This document shows positions 9,461 through 19,632 of a DNA stretch of 64,000 nt, piece by piece. Origin of the DNA: an uncultured Thermotogaceae bacterium (GTDB lineage Bacteria; Thermotogota; Thermotogae; MWEM01); assembly GCA_964580185.1 (NCBI GenBank), contig CAZOJQ010000008.1:2426-66425 (forward strand), written 5' to 3'. Each line of letters starts with the position of its first letter. Within the stretch, counting starts at the first letter, position 1. The position numbers and the translations under genes are program-made. Under the pieces are notes generated by a model. That model ran no database searches. It saw nothing but the letters and a program-made list of their open reading frames with translations, and was not told where the DNA came from.

Positions 9461-10213
9461 TTGGAAAACGCGATGATTCAATTTCAACAGGTGAACAAGG
9501 TGTTTGCTGCACGGAAGAAAAGTGTTCAGGCACTGAAGGATGTCTCATTCGAAGTCAGAAAAGGCGAGATCTTCGGATTGCTTGGACCCAATGGCGCTGG
9601 AAAGACAACGGCATTGCGGATATTGTCTACTCTATTGGTGCCTACCCGCGGGAAAGTAGGTGTTTGTGGGTATGATACCCAGAAAGATTCTCAACAGGTC
9701 CGAAAGAGGGTTGGATTCCTTTCGTCCGATATGAGCCTGACAGGCAATATGACTTCGCGAGAAACCCTACGGTTTTTTGGGGAACTCAATCATTTGGAAA
9801 AAGGAACGATCGAGAATCAGATTACCAATCTATCCCAATACCTTGGGATGAAGGATTTTCTGGACCGAAGAATGGGGACCTATTCACAAGGGATGAAACA
9901 GAAAACGTTGATCGCCATCGCTTTGATCCATTCTCCGGATATCATTGTCTTTGACGAACCGACCAATGGGTTGGATATCTTGACTGCAAGAACGGTATTG
10001 GATTATCTCAAAGATCTCCAATCCCAAGGGAAAACGATTATCCTATCCACGCATGTGATGGAAGTCGCTCGCAAGATGTGCGATCGAATCGGGATTATCG
10101 ACCATGGTATGCTCAAAATCATCGGAACGCTCCCCGAAATCTTGGAAAAAACCCAGACCGACGATTTGGAAGATGCGTTCTTTTCGATCGTAAAGGAAGG
10201 GGATGCTGCATGA
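9461..10213 (+). CDS. ABC transporter ATP-binding protein
   Basis: Walker A GPNGAGKTT, signature YSQGMKQK and Walker B IIVFDEPTNGLD. Confidence 0.85.
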   Translation: MENAMIQFQQVNKVFAARKKSVQALKDVSFEVRKGEIFGLLGPNGAGKTTALRILSTLLVPTRGKVGVCGYDTQKDSQQVRKRVGFLSSDMSLTGNMTSRETLRFFGELNHLEKGTIENQITNLSQYLGMKDFLDRRMGTYSQGMKQKTLIAIALIHSPDIIVFDEPTNGLDILTARTVLDYLKDLQSQGKTIILSTHVMEVARKMCDRIGIIDHGMLKIIGTLPEILEKTQTDDLEDAFFSIVKEGDAA

Positions 10214-11415
10214 AAGATACATTGCTGATCTTCCGCAAGGAATTCTATCAAACTTTTAAGGATAAACGGACCGTATTTTCTTCTTTTGTTCTGCCAGTCA
10301 TCCTCTTTTTGGTGATCTTCCAAGTAATCGGCAGTATGCAGACTCAAACCGAACAACGGCTTCAAGAGACCACCTTTGTCATCTTTACCAATCAGGAAAC
10401 TCTTGCGCGAGAAGTGCTGCACCAGGCTGGCATTCTCTTTCAGATTGTGACGGACACGCCGGATGATTTGGATCAATCGATTCGAGACCGCGAGATCCAT
10501 TTAGCCATGATTTTCAGCGATCCGGCAAAAACGATAGATGAGTACATCCGAATGGATAATCTTCAAATCGAGTTTATCTCATTCTCGGAGCAGATGGAAT
10601 CAAGCAGGGCGTTGAACCACGCGTTTTATGGGATTTCGCAGCTCAGAAATCAAGAAATTCGGTCCATTATGCAATCGCTGGGTGTGAACCCAGAAGTACT
10701 AAATCGCCCATATACCCATACAACAAACATTGCAACGGAACGGGAACAAGCTGGGAACTTCTTGGGGATGATGTTGCCCTATATGCTTGTGATTTATCTC
10801 TTCGCGGGATCCTTTTCTTTGGGTTTTGATACAACTGCTGGAGAAAAAGAACGCCAGACCCTTACCATTCTTTTGGTGAATCAAGTCTCCCGCACCGCTA
10901 TCGCTTGGGGGAAGATCCTCTATATGATGCTGGCCAACCTATTGATGGCTTTGATTTCGTCGATAGCCTTTTCCATTGGGTTTTCCCGAATGATGAGTGG
11001 TGGTTCCGATATGGGGGGAAACTTTATGGCTGCATTCTCCGCGGATCTGGTCGCCATGCTGATTATTACCGTGTTATCCATGTCCGTTATCGTTGCGACA
11101 ATTATTGCGGCTATCGGGATTTTTGCAAAAACAGTCAAAGAAGCGACCGCTTATACCATGCCGTTGTATATCGTTGCCGTTATTTTTGGGATCATGAGCA
11201 TGCAACCTGGCGGTTTGGAGAGTATTCCCTTTATCGGGTTTATCCCTCTGATGAATGGAATCGACACCCTCAAAGCCTTGTTTACGAGCAATGTCATTCC
11301 CTATCAGCAGATTCTTCAAACGGTCTTGATCAATGTGGGTGTCGCCGTCTTTTTAGCATGGGTCACATCCCGCATGTTCAGCAATGAAAAATTTGTCTTC
11401 CGGACCGAAAACTAA
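10210..11415 (+). CDS. ABC-2 family permease (NatB-like)
   Basis: Starts with an ATGA overlap on the ATPase stop. One N-terminal TM helix, a large extracytoplasmic loop, then C-terminal TM helices. Confidence 0.65.
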   Translation: MKDTLLIFRKEFYQTFKDKRTVFSSFVLPVILFLVIFQVIGSMQTQTEQRLQETTFVIFTNQETLAREVLHQAGILFQIVTDTPDDLDQSIRDREIHLAMIFSDPAKTIDEYIRMDNLQIEFISFSEQMESSRALNHAFYGISQLRNQEIRSIMQSLGVNPEVLNRPYTHTTNIATEREQAGNFLGMMLPYMLVIYLFAGSFSLGFDTTAGEKERQTLTILLVNQVSRTAIAWGKILYMMLANLLMALISSIAFSIGFSRMMSGGSDMGGNFMAAFSADLVAMLIITVLSMSVIVATIIAAIGIFAKTVKEATAYTMPLYIVAVIFGIMSMQPGGLESIPFIGFIPLMNGIDTLKALFTSNVIPYQQILQTVLINVGVAVFLAWVTSRMFSNEKFVFRTEN

Positions 11416-11451
11416 GGTTCCTTGGCTCGGCGTTTCAGCCATTGTTGAGAT

Positions 11452-11991
11452 ATGAATTCTGCATCCAATCGATCGAAAACGATCTTAGTATGCGCGACGA
11501 CGCTCAACGGATGGATTGGTCGTGACGGTCAGAATCAGCCCGATTGGACATCACGTGAGGATATGGATCATTTCTCATCCTTTACGCGACGGATTGGCGC
11601 GGTTGTTATGGGACACCGGACCTTCCGGACCCTACCGCGCCCACTTCCGAACCGCCTGAATGTCGTGATGACAAGAAACCCAGAGTTGGAGGCGCATTCC
11701 AGCGACGAAGTATGGTATTGTTCTTCCAGTCCGATTCGGTTGCTGGAAACGCTTAAGAAACGGGGATTCCCTGAAGTATGTGTGATTGGAGGAGAAGCGA
11801 TCAATACGCTTTTCTGGAACGAGCGGCTGATCGATGAAATGGTCGTTACGATCGAACCGGTATTGTTTTCCGGTCAGGTAGCCTTGGTAGGATCCAAAGC
11901 CATTGAACGGAGATTGAGTCTGTTAACTCATCGTGCTTTGCCCTCTGGGGCATTGATTCTTCATTATCGGGTTTTGGACTGGAGCTCCTGA
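11452..11991 (+). CDS. Dihydrofolate reductase-like / RibD C-terminal domain protein
   Basis: 179 aa. Family motif CVIGGEAINTLF and the general DHFR-like pattern. Confidence 0.5.
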   Translation: MNSASNRSKTILVCATTLNGWIGRDGQNQPDWTSREDMDHFSSFTRRIGAVVMGHRTFRTLPRPLPNRLNVVMTRNPELEAHSSDEVWYCSSSPIRLLETLKKRGFPEVCVIGGEAINTLFWNERLIDEMVVTIEPVLFSGQVALVGSKAIERRLSLLTHRALPSGALILHYRVLDWSS

Positions 11992-12992
11992 ATTATTACC
12001 GCTCGGTCTGTCGCTTCCAAAACCGCAATCCGATCAATCAACGGGGGATGCGTACTGAGAAGGTTAGCAAAGAACCCCCGTTTTTCCGCCAGCTTCAGCA
12101 TCTTCGGTTCTGATATAAACAAGTGGGCGGTGGCGCCGTTTGCTTGTTTGGTCGCGATGGGTTTTTGGTAGATTTTCCGAAAGGCGGAAGTCAATCCATT
12201 CGGATTTCGCGTAAACTCAACAGCAGTCGCGTCTGCCAAGAACTCGCGTTTTCGGGAAATGGCAAAGGTCATCAATCGGCTGATCTGACCAACAATAAAC
12301 ATAATCAGAGCCGTCGCAAAAATCGCCGCAATGATCGCCAATATGGCCCCTTGGGAGTCTCCTTTATCGCTTTTTCCCCCTCGGCGAGAGCGAGAAGCTC
12401 CACCAGTCATTGCGATGAACCCTGTTGTTCGGAGCATGATCAATCCTGCGCGGAAAGCGACAAGCGAGAGCAGAAGAACCCCGCCAACGAGCGCGCTGAC
12501 AATCGTCATCAAAAGAACGTCCCGGTTTTTGATGTGAGCGATTTCATGGGCGACCACGCCTTCAGTTTCTTCCCGATTGAGGTTGGTTAGCAACCCCGTT
12601 GTTACGCAAACATACGACTCTTTCGTCTTGGTCCCTGTGGCGAAGGCGTTGATGGAAGGATCATCCATGACAAAGATTTTTGGTCGTGTCATTCCCGAAG
12701 AGATGCTCAATTCGTCGGCGATATTGAGCAATTGCTTCTCTTCCAGATTCGTTGTTTCTGGTTGCACTTCTTTAGCGCCCACGGATTTCAACACGATTTT
12801 GCTCCCGGACCCAAATGCGATCAAGGCTTGGATTGCTACAAAGATAACCAAAACCGCGGTGATAATGCCGCTTGTCATAAAGGTCAAATCCAAAAACACC
12901 CCTGCCCCAATAGCGATCCCAAAGATTATGCCAACCAATATGATTGTCTTCCGCACATTCTTTTTTTGTTGTTGGTAGAAATCCACCGCCAC
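11964..12992 (-). CDS. htpX: M48 family zinc metalloprotease HtpX-like
   Basis: HEIAH zinc motif (VAHEIAHIKNRD), N-terminal TM helices and a downstream glutamate region. Confidence 0.75.
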   Translation of the reverse strand: MAVDFYQQQKKNVRKTIILVGIIFGIAIGAGVFLDLTFMTSGIITAVLVIFVAIQALIAFGSGSKIVLKSVGAKEVQPETTNLEEKQLLNIADELSISSGMTRPKIFVMDDPSINAFATGTKTKESYVCVTTGLLTNLNREETEGVVAHEIAHIKNRDVLLMTIVSALVGGVLLLSLVAFRAGLIMLRTTGFIAMTGGASRSRRGGKSDKGDSQGAILAIIAAIFATALIMFIVGQISRLMTFAISRKREFLADATAVEFTRNPNGLTSAFRKIYQKPIATKQANGATAHLFISEPKMLKLAEKRGFFANLLSTHPPLIDRIAVLEATDRAVIIQELQSKTR

Positions 12993-13094
12993 GGTAGTTC
13001 ACCCCCTAATCGTTCGCTATAAACCCATCATATTCAATATTGTACCATGAAAGCAAATAAAAAAAACCGCTTCTTCCGTTCTTTTGGTGGAATC

Positions 13095-13103
13095 TGGTAT
13101 ACT
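13095..13103 (+). promoter_or_regulatory. Putative extended -10 promoter element (TGGTATACT) upstream of the SagB-like gene
   Basis: TGnTATACT 35 nt upstream of the AGGAGG RBS and the ATG at 13138. Confidence 0.35.
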
Positions 13104-13137
13104 ATCTGTGATAACGCCCAGATAAAGGAGGAGATTT

Positions 13138-13896
13138 ATGGAAGACTATCGGAACCATAGAGCTAACTTAAAATCGGTAGGATGGGAACAGGTACGCATA
13201 TTGGAGACCGATCAGAAAAAAGGAGTTCCGCATCCGGATCTTGAGAAAGGAGTGCCTGAAGGCGCCAAAACCATAAAGTTACCTGCGTTCCAGGAAGTGG
13301 CTCAAAGGGAGACCCGGTTTTATCCCTTGTTCCATGATCGGAAAAGCCATAGGAAATTCTTGGAGGAAGGGCTGTTTTTGGAAGAAGTCTCTTTCCTTTT
13401 GTGGGCGACACAAGGGCTAAAAAGCATCACAAAAGACGGGGCTACCTCTTTTCGTACCGTGCCTTCTGGCGGTTCCCGGCATTCTTTTGAGACCTATGTT
13501 TTTGCCCAGAAGGTAGACGGGCTGAAGCCTGGATTGTATCGGTATCTCCCTGTAACGCATGAATTGGTCTTTCTCTTTGATCGCGAAGACTTTTCTAATC
13601 AGCTTACCCAGGCGTGTTTGGGCCAGCAATTTGTTGGTCAGGCCCCTGTGAGCTTTATTTGGACAACCATTCCCTATCGAACGGAATGGAGGTATGCGCA
13701 TGTAGCTCACAAGATCATCGGTATCGATGCGGGGCATTTGTGCCAAAACCTGTACTTGGCTGTTGAGGCGATTGGGGCTGGCACGTGTGGAATCGGTGCC
13801 TACAACCAGGAGTTGATCGACACGTTATTGGATGTTGACGGAGAAGATGAGTTTGTCATTTATCTCGCTCCGATCGGGAAAGTTCATTCTGGCTAA
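13138..13896 (+). CDS. SagB-type dehydrogenase domain protein (nitroreductase superfamily)
   Basis: Motif PSGGSRHSFETYV resembles the SagB RPS(P)SAG(A)LYP block. ~250 aa, glycine-rich C-terminal FMN-binding region. Confidence 0.55.
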   Translation: MEDYRNHRANLKSVGWEQVRILETDQKKGVPHPDLEKGVPEGAKTIKLPAFQEVAQRETRFYPLFHDRKSHRKFLEEGLFLEEVSFLLWATQGLKSITKDGATSFRTVPSGGSRHSFETYVFAQKVDGLKPGLYRYLPVTHELVFLFDREDFSNQLTQACLGQQFVGQAPVSFIWTTIPYRTEWRYAHVAHKIIGIDAGHLCQNLYLAVEAIGAGTCGIGAYNQELIDTLLDVDGEDEFVIYLAPIGKVHSG

Positions 13897-13919
13897 TATG
13901 AACACAGAGGTGTCGGGTA

Positions 13920-14863
13920 TGCGGAAAAGCAAAAAAAAGCCCGAAAGGATTATCGTAATCGGCAAAGAAGAGCATGTAGGCAGTATGATCCAAGAGACGC
14001 TACAAAAGAATCCCAGTCCGACGGTAGTCCAGCAGTACATGAATCCTTCGGCCCATATTCTGCTTGAAGCGATCCAATCTCCTTTGGAACGACCCGATAT
14101 GCTGTTAATCGCAGATCCACGTCTTGGACGTTCGGTAGAACATGAAATCGATCAAGCCAGAAAAGCGGGAGTAAAAATCGAATACCTTCCAAATTTGGTT
14201 GAAAAAAGATTGAAACGGATCCCCTTGGATTTAATCGATCAGTTTCGAGACTATTATGATGTGGTCTTGTCTCAAAAAAAACCTTCTCGTGTGGAGAGGG
14301 TTTTTGACGTGTTCGTTTCTTTAAGCGCCCTTGTGCTTCTTTCTCCGTTGACTCTCGGGGTCGCTTTGGGCATTTTGATTACATCAGGAAGGCCCATTAT
14401 CTTTGCTCAAAAAAGAGCAGGGGTCTTTGGAGAACTCTTTACTTTTTACAAGTTTCGAAGTTTGTCCGCCCCCAACGGTCCTGTTGAATTGGAAGATCCC
14501 AACAGCGCGATTTCAGAACGGTCAACTGCTTTTGGAAGGTGGATCCGGAAAACGCGGATCGACGAAATCCCTCAGTTTTGGAATGTTTTAACGGGGAAAA
14601 TGGCGTTCATCGGACCGCGGCCAGAGATGGTCCACTATCATCAAATGTGCGTCGAGCAAATTCCCTTTTACCCATACCGGTTCCGCGTCAAACCGGGGAT
14701 TACCGGTTGGGCTCAGGTTTCTTACAAACACACGACAACGGTAGATGAATACAAGCGCAAGACAGAATATGATCTGTATTCTATCAAAAACAAGAGCGCC
14801 CGATTGAACGCGTTGATTCTCGTAAAGACGATTATCACGATGCTTGGGATGAAAGGCAAATAA
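13920..14863 (+). CDS. Polyprenyl-phosphate sugar phosphotransferase (bacterial sugar transferase, WbaP/PssY-like)
   Basis: C-terminal catalytic block RPGITGWAQV and conserved KFRSL/DE..QFWNVL motifs, with one TM helix. Start chosen at the ATG preceded by GAGGTG rather than the longer ORF-track start. Confidence 0.7.
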
Positions 14864-14870
14864 CCCAGGA

Positions 14871-15293
14871 TTACAGAGGCCCTGTTGTAAAACTCCTCAC
14901 TGGGCTGTGCGTCGATGCGATGTGACCGGTCGGATACTCCAAACAAGCCATAACGAGCCAGTAGTAAGTCGTATTGGGCTGTAAATCAACTGTGAGCGTA
15001 TAGGTCTCATCTGTAATCATTATCGGCTGGCCATTCAGAACATACAAAACGGGGTCCGTTTGTTCGCTGATGTACAGTTGGTAAAACTCTGTTGGAGTTC
15101 CTCCAACCCATGTGAAGGTGGGACGGAGCCCAATATTGGTTGATCCGTTCGCAGGAGCGACAAGTTCAGGTGCGGGAGGTACAGGGCGCCGATCTCTTCG
15201 TTGACAACCAAGGTTGAGCGCGCACACCAAGACGAGGATAGCAATTAATCCTAAAAGAACTATGGTTCGTGTACCGTGCCTTTTCTTCATCAT
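14871..15293 (-). CDS. Secreted/lipoprotein with fibronectin type III-like domain
   Basis: N-terminal signal peptide ending ALNLGC (lipobox-like) and an FN3 sequence pattern (PTFTW...Y.L.V.A....G....S..R.FTT). Confidence 0.5.
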   Translation of the reverse strand: MMKKRHGTRTIVLLGLIAILVLVCALNLGCQRRDRRPVPPAPELVAPANGSTNIGLRPTFTWVGGTPTEFYQLYISEQTDPVLYVLNGQPIMITDETYTLTVDLQPNTTYYWLVMACLEYPTGHIASTHSPVRSFTTGPL

Positions 15294-15367
15294 AATCCCT
15301 CCTTATGTTCGTTTTTTGGACCTTTATCGGTAGGATCGACGAGGATATGCACTCGATCAGAGAACAA

Positions 15368-15437
15368 GACTCAAAGAGCAGGACTCGAAGAGCAGGACTC
15401 AAAGAGCAGGACTCGAAGAGCAGGACTCGAAGATCCG
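15368..15437. repeat. Tandem direct repeat, 14-bp unit GACTCRAAGAGCAG x ~5 (28-bp super-unit x 2.5), intergenic
   Basis: Copies read directly at 15368, 15382, 15396, 15410 and a degenerate one at 15424, with A/G alternating at unit position 6. Confidence 0.9.
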
Positions 15438-15449
15438 TAATCAACCAAA

Positions 15450-16454
15450 TTAGACAAAATTGAATCCGGGTAGCGGCATCGGAGGAAGCGCAAATTGCGT
15501 AAGCCTTGTGTCTTCCATGATGCCCAGCCGTTCGTAAAGAGAATCTGAATCCACAATTTTCACCGTATGGTACGGGGGGAAATAGGTGGATGTCGTTGAA
15601 CTGTAGTGGTTGAAAATAAGCATGTTTAAAAACTCCAAATCGCTTTCGGGAATGATGAGTTGGAAGGATGGGTGGCCATCCCGCACCAATTTTTCCATAC
15701 CAGAAAGCAAACTGATACGGCTCCCCGCATACTCGATAATCCTGCTTTGATCGGCTTTGAAGGTAAAATACCCTCGATAAATTCCAAAGGCTTTAACCAA
15801 ATAGGTAGGTCCGATCTGTGCTTTCTCGAGAGATTTGGGCCCTTCTTGAAGCAACTGCTCGTGCACTTGAAGAAGCGTGGCAAAATCGCTTTCGGTTCTT
15901 CGGAAGCGTACATCCTCCGCCCAGTACAAATGAAACACTTCTTGAAAAAGGTCCGGGGTTAATGGTTCGATTTCGACCGGGATCAATCCTTCCTCTTCTT
16001 CCCCGGCAATTTCGAAAAACATCGATTTCCCCATTTCCCGGTATCCTCGTCGAAGATATAAGTTTCGATTCCCCGAAATAAGGATCATCTCCACTTTTTC
16101 CTGAATCAGTTGGGCTTCCAGTGCTTCCAACACTTTAGAAGCATGCCCTTTTTCCCGGAAATCGGGATGCGTGGCGACCCCGCCAAGAAAACCCGTTCGG
16201 ATTTTTAACCCGGGAATCAAAAGATCTGTCACATACGCAGCGACATGAGAAACAATTTGCCCCGAGTCTTTCGCAATAAAGACATGAGGTAGGTTTTGAT
16301 CGGAAAACAATAAAGGAAATTCAATTTCCATTGTGGGATCCTGGTCTTTTCGGAAAATGTCGTTGATTAAACCAAACACTTCCCGCATCTCGTCTTGCCT
16401 AGGATTCCTGACGTCCATGCCGGCACCTCCGCAATCTATGCCCCGATTTATCAA
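15450..16454 (-). CDS. GNAT family N-acetyltransferase with C-terminal extension (Eis-like architecture)
   Basis: GNAT motif A (FLGGVATHPDFREKGHASKVL). An alternative start at MDVRNPRQ is possible. Confidence 0.55.
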   Translation of the reverse strand: MINRGIDCGGAGMDVRNPRQDEMREVFGLINDIFRKDQDPTMEIEFPLLFSDQNLPHVFIAKDSGQIVSHVAAYVTDLLIPGLKIRTGFLGGVATHPDFREKGHASKVLEALEAQLIQEKVEMILISGNRNLYLRRGYREMGKSMFFEIAGEEEEGLIPVEIEPLTPDLFQEVFHLYWAEDVRFRRTESDFATLLQVHEQLLQEGPKSLEKAQIGPTYLVKAFGIYRGYFTFKADQSRIIEYAGSRISLLSGMEKLVRDGHPSFQLIIPESDLEFLNMLIFNHYSSTTSTYFPPYHTVKIVDSDSLYERLGIMEDTRLTQFALPPMPLPGFNFV

Positions 16455-17482
16455 TCATTATTATACCAGATTTTGTCTTGTAGATATAGTGCTTCCCATT
16501 GTTTCATTACGTTTTCCCCAGAATAGATGATGCTGAGTTCCTTGGAATGGGTTTGAAACGCTTCTCGAAGACTTGTGTCTTCTTGAATCCGGCGAAGTTG
16601 ATCCGCAAATTCTTCGGATGAATCACCAAACAGGTAATGCTCAGAAAGGATTTCCCGATAAAGCTCGATATTCCTGAGCAACAATGGCAGATGACAATTG
16701 GCGGCTTCAAGGACAGTCATCGGGAACAACTCCTGATAGGAGGGTAGGAATAAAACATCTGCGGCTTGGAAATACTGTGCCACTTCCGAACGATCTACGA
16801 TCCCGGTGAATTGAAGGTTTTGGGGCGGGTTTTCCATGATTTTTGCATATCGCTCATAGCCATCAGTCAGCTTACCAAAAGAGAACCCTCCAACCCAAAC
16901 AAACTGATATTGGGGCAAAAGCAAAGCGGTTTGGACAAAATCGTCGATGCCTTTGCGCTTTTGCACTTGGCCAGCTCCGACAATCAGAAAATCGCTCTCC
17001 TTTATCCCCATTTTGGCGCGAAGCTGGGATTTCTCTTCGGGCGCAAGGGGTCGGAATATCTCTCCGGAAACGTAGTTGGGGACATAAAAAACTTTTTCTC
17101 TACTCAAACCGGCTTTTGTCAAAGTTTCTTTGTAAAATGGATTGACAACAACCAATCGGTCGGCTTTGTTATAGAAATGGATCATATATCGAACCAGGAA
17201 GGGCATGACCCAGCGTGGGATCTTCAAACTGCCGACAAGGGAATCCGGCATAACGTGACAAGAGACTACGACTTTCCTCTTTTTCCGTTTTGCCTTTCTC
17301 ATCAGGAAATAGGAACCGGGATCGAATGTGTGAATGTGAAGGAGATCCCAGTGGTCTTTTGGTTCGAGGACGACCTGAATCTTCTCGGATTGTTGCATAA
17401 GCTTCCGGTGCTCGAGAAAAGCCGAATCCACTCCCTGGCCTTTCACTTTTCCGGAAACAGAACGGATATACAGTTTCTTCAT
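16451..17482 (-). CDS. Glycosyltransferase family 4 (GT-B fold)
   Basis: GT4 C-terminal pattern (ADVLFLPSYQELFPMTVLEAANCHLPLL). 343 aa. Confidence 0.7.
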   Translation of the reverse strand: MKKLYIRSVSGKVKGQGVDSAFLEHRKLMQQSEKIQVVLEPKDHWDLLHIHTFDPGSYFLMRKAKRKKRKVVVSCHVMPDSLVGSLKIPRWVMPFLVRYMIHFYNKADRLVVVNPFYKETLTKAGLSREKVFYVPNYVSGEIFRPLAPEEKSQLRAKMGIKESDFLIVGAGQVQKRKGIDDFVQTALLLPQYQFVWVGGFSFGKLTDGYERYAKIMENPPQNLQFTGIVDRSEVAQYFQAADVLFLPSYQELFPMTVLEAANCHLPLLLRNIELYREILSEHYLFGDSSEEFADQLRRIQEDTSLREAFQTHSKELSIIYSGENVMKQWEALYLQDKIWYNND

Positions 17483-19626
17483 GTGCTTTCTCCCCTTTTC
17501 GATACCAGTACCACCATAGTTTTGGGATGGATCAGGATGCTCTGTTTTATGACCGGGGCTTGCGTTTCATCCTCATAACAACTGCTTTCGCCTTCAAGGA
17601 AGGTGTCGATTACCTTGACCCACTTCTTTCCCGGGTAAGAAGGAACTTCAAAAGTCAAGGCGTGATCATAGGCATTGATCGCGCAATAGATATCATCATC
17701 TGGATCAAGATAAGACTCCAAATCTTCGCCACTGATCACAAACGCAAGAGTGTGGGATGGATGGCTCCAATCGGGCTTTCCGGGTTTTATTCCGTGCCAG
17801 GTTATATCTCGTACGGAGTGAGAAATCTTCTTTCCGGTGAAAAAGTGCTCTCTTCGAAGGCAATTATGACGTTTCCGAAAAGCAATCATTTTTTGGACAA
17901 AGAGGTGGATGTCCGAAAACTGGTCTTTTCTGGACCAATCCAACCAAGTCAACTCATTGTCGTGACAATACGCATTGTTGTTCCCTAGTTGCGTCCGAGC
18001 AAACTCATCACCCATTAAAATCATCGGTGTCCCTTGCGAGACCATAAGCAAGGAAAAAAAATTCTTGATTTGTTGTTTTCGCAATCGAACGATCGAGGGG
18101 TCGTCCGTTTCTCCTTCATGTCCATGGTTGCATGAAAAATTATCGTTGGACCCGTCTTGATTGTTTTCTCCATTCATGAGGTTGTGTTTCCGCGAATAGG
18201 AAACAAGATCCCACATCGTAAACCCATCGTGCGCAGTTACAAAGTTGATGCTATCAAACGGTTTTCTCCCGGGTTTATCGTATAAATCACTGCTTCCAGC
18301 AATTCTGGTTGCGAGTTCCGGGACTAAGCCCTCATACCCATGAAAAAACTTACGGGCTACATCGCGAAACTTTCCATTCCACTCGGACCACCCGCTTGGG
18401 AAATCCCCGACGAAGTATCCCCCGCCAGCATCCCACCCTTCAGCGATCAATTTGGATCCCGCGATGATCGGGTCTTCCGCAATGTCCTTCAGTAGAGAGA
18501 GGTCTCCGATCCACTTTCCATTGGGCGCTCGACCCAAAACTGAAGCCAAATCAAAACGAAACCCATCCACGTGCATTTCTGTGACCCAGTACCGAAGCGA
18601 ATCAAGAATCATCTGTTTGAGCACTGGGTGATTGCAGTTCAGGGTATTTCCACATCCGGAATAGTTTAGGTAGTAGCGTTTGTTGTTTGGATCAAGCATG
18701 TAATAGATGTTGTTGTCAAACCCTTTGAAACTGAGGGTTGGGCCATCTTGCGCCCCTTCGCCAGTATGATTGTACACTACATCCAAAAGGACTTCGAGAC
18801 CGCTATCATGTACTGTTTTCACAAAATCACGGAACTGAATGACCTGATCTCCCAACTGCAATCCGCGGGTAAAAGACCCTTCAACCGAAAAAAAGTTGAG
18901 CGGATCGTATCCCCACATATTCTTCAAGCGTTCTCCAGTCACTGGGTTGGAGTGAGTGTTTGCGTTCGGGTTAAACTCGAAGATGGGCATCAATTCAATG
19001 GATGTAATGCCTAGCTGTTTCAGGTAATCCAGTTTTTCCTCAATCCCCATAAAGGTTCCGGGGTACGATACTTGAGACGTGTCGGAAATGGTGAAGAATC
19101 GGACGTGTAATTCATAGATAATGGTATCTTTCATCGGGATCCGGATCGGGCGATCTTTCCCCCAATCATATTCACCCGAATTAATTACGATTCCTTTTGC
19201 CGGGCTTCTGGCCGAATCCAACTGAGAAAAGGATAGATCACCCCGCGGATCATTCCGATCGTAGCCGTAGGCATGGTCTTCATCCCAATTAAACGCCCCC
19301 GAAATGGCTTGGGCATATGGATCCACCAATAGTTTATTGGGATTGAATCGATGCCCTTCAAGGGGATTGTACGGTCCGATGGCTCGATATCCATAACATT
19401 GACCATGTCCCACACCGGTCAGGAAAATGTGCCAGATATCCCCAGTGCGATTGATCTTAGGATCCAACTCAAATCGGTGGGAAGGACGATCATCATAATA
19501 GGCATCATAGAGTTCCAGGATTATTGCTTTCGCATGCCTCGAAAATAGGGCAAAATTGGTTCCGTTTGGAGAGACTGTGGGTCCAAGGATATTGGGTTTG
19601 CCAGCAGAGACGGTGATCATGGACAC
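17479..19626 (-). CDS. glgX: Glycogen debranching enzyme GlgX (GH13, isoamylase type)
   Basis: GH13 catalytic regions (DVVYNHT, GFRFDLA, EGWD, FVTAHD) and an N-terminal CBM48-like region. 715 aa. Confidence 0.8.
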   Translation of the reverse strand: MSMITVSAGKPNILGPTVSPNGTNFALFSRHAKAIILELYDAYYDDRPSHRFELDPKINRTGDIWHIFLTGVGHGQCYGYRAIGPYNPLEGHRFNPNKLLVDPYAQAISGAFNWDEDHAYGYDRNDPRGDLSFSQLDSARSPAKGIVINSGEYDWGKDRPIRIPMKDTIIYELHVRFFTISDTSQVSYPGTFMGIEEKLDYLKQLGITSIELMPIFEFNPNANTHSNPVTGERLKNMWGYDPLNFFSVEGSFTRGLQLGDQVIQFRDFVKTVHDSGLEVLLDVVYNHTGEGAQDGPTLSFKGFDNNIYYMLDPNNKRYYLNYSGCGNTLNCNHPVLKQMILDSLRYWVTEMHVDGFRFDLASVLGRAPNGKWIGDLSLLKDIAEDPIIAGSKLIAEGWDAGGGYFVGDFPSGWSEWNGKFRDVARKFFHGYEGLVPELATRIAGSSDLYDKPGRKPFDSINFVTAHDGFTMWDLVSYSRKHNLMNGENNQDGSNDNFSCNHGHEGETDDPSIVRLRKQQIKNFFSLLMVSQGTPMILMGDEFARTQLGNNNAYCHDNELTWLDWSRKDQFSDIHLFVQKMIAFRKRHNCLRREHFFTGKKISHSVRDITWHGIKPGKPDWSHPSHTLAFVISGEDLESYLDPDDDIYCAINAYDHALTFEVPSYPGKKWVKVIDTFLEGESSCYEDETQAPVIKQSILIHPKTMVVLVSKRGEST

Positions 19627-19632
19627 CTCGAT

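Noticed and set aside
14871-15293. Canonical lipobox for the FN3-like protein
   Set aside because: The sequence ALNLGC does not fit the strict L[ASTV][GAS]C consensus (-3 is N). The call is therefore 'secreted or lipoprotein', not a confident lipoprotein.
15368-15437. Possibility that the 14-bp repeat array is a CRISPR array
   Set aside because: The repeats are directly tandem with no unique spacers, the unit is too short, and there are no cas genes in the window.
15166-15556. ORFs 15166-15444 and 15371-15556, which translate the tandem repeat as (ALRVLLFESCS)n
   Set aside because: The periodic peptide is an artefact of translating the 14-bp DNA repeat. There is no start/RBS context, so the region is treated as non-coding regulatory DNA.
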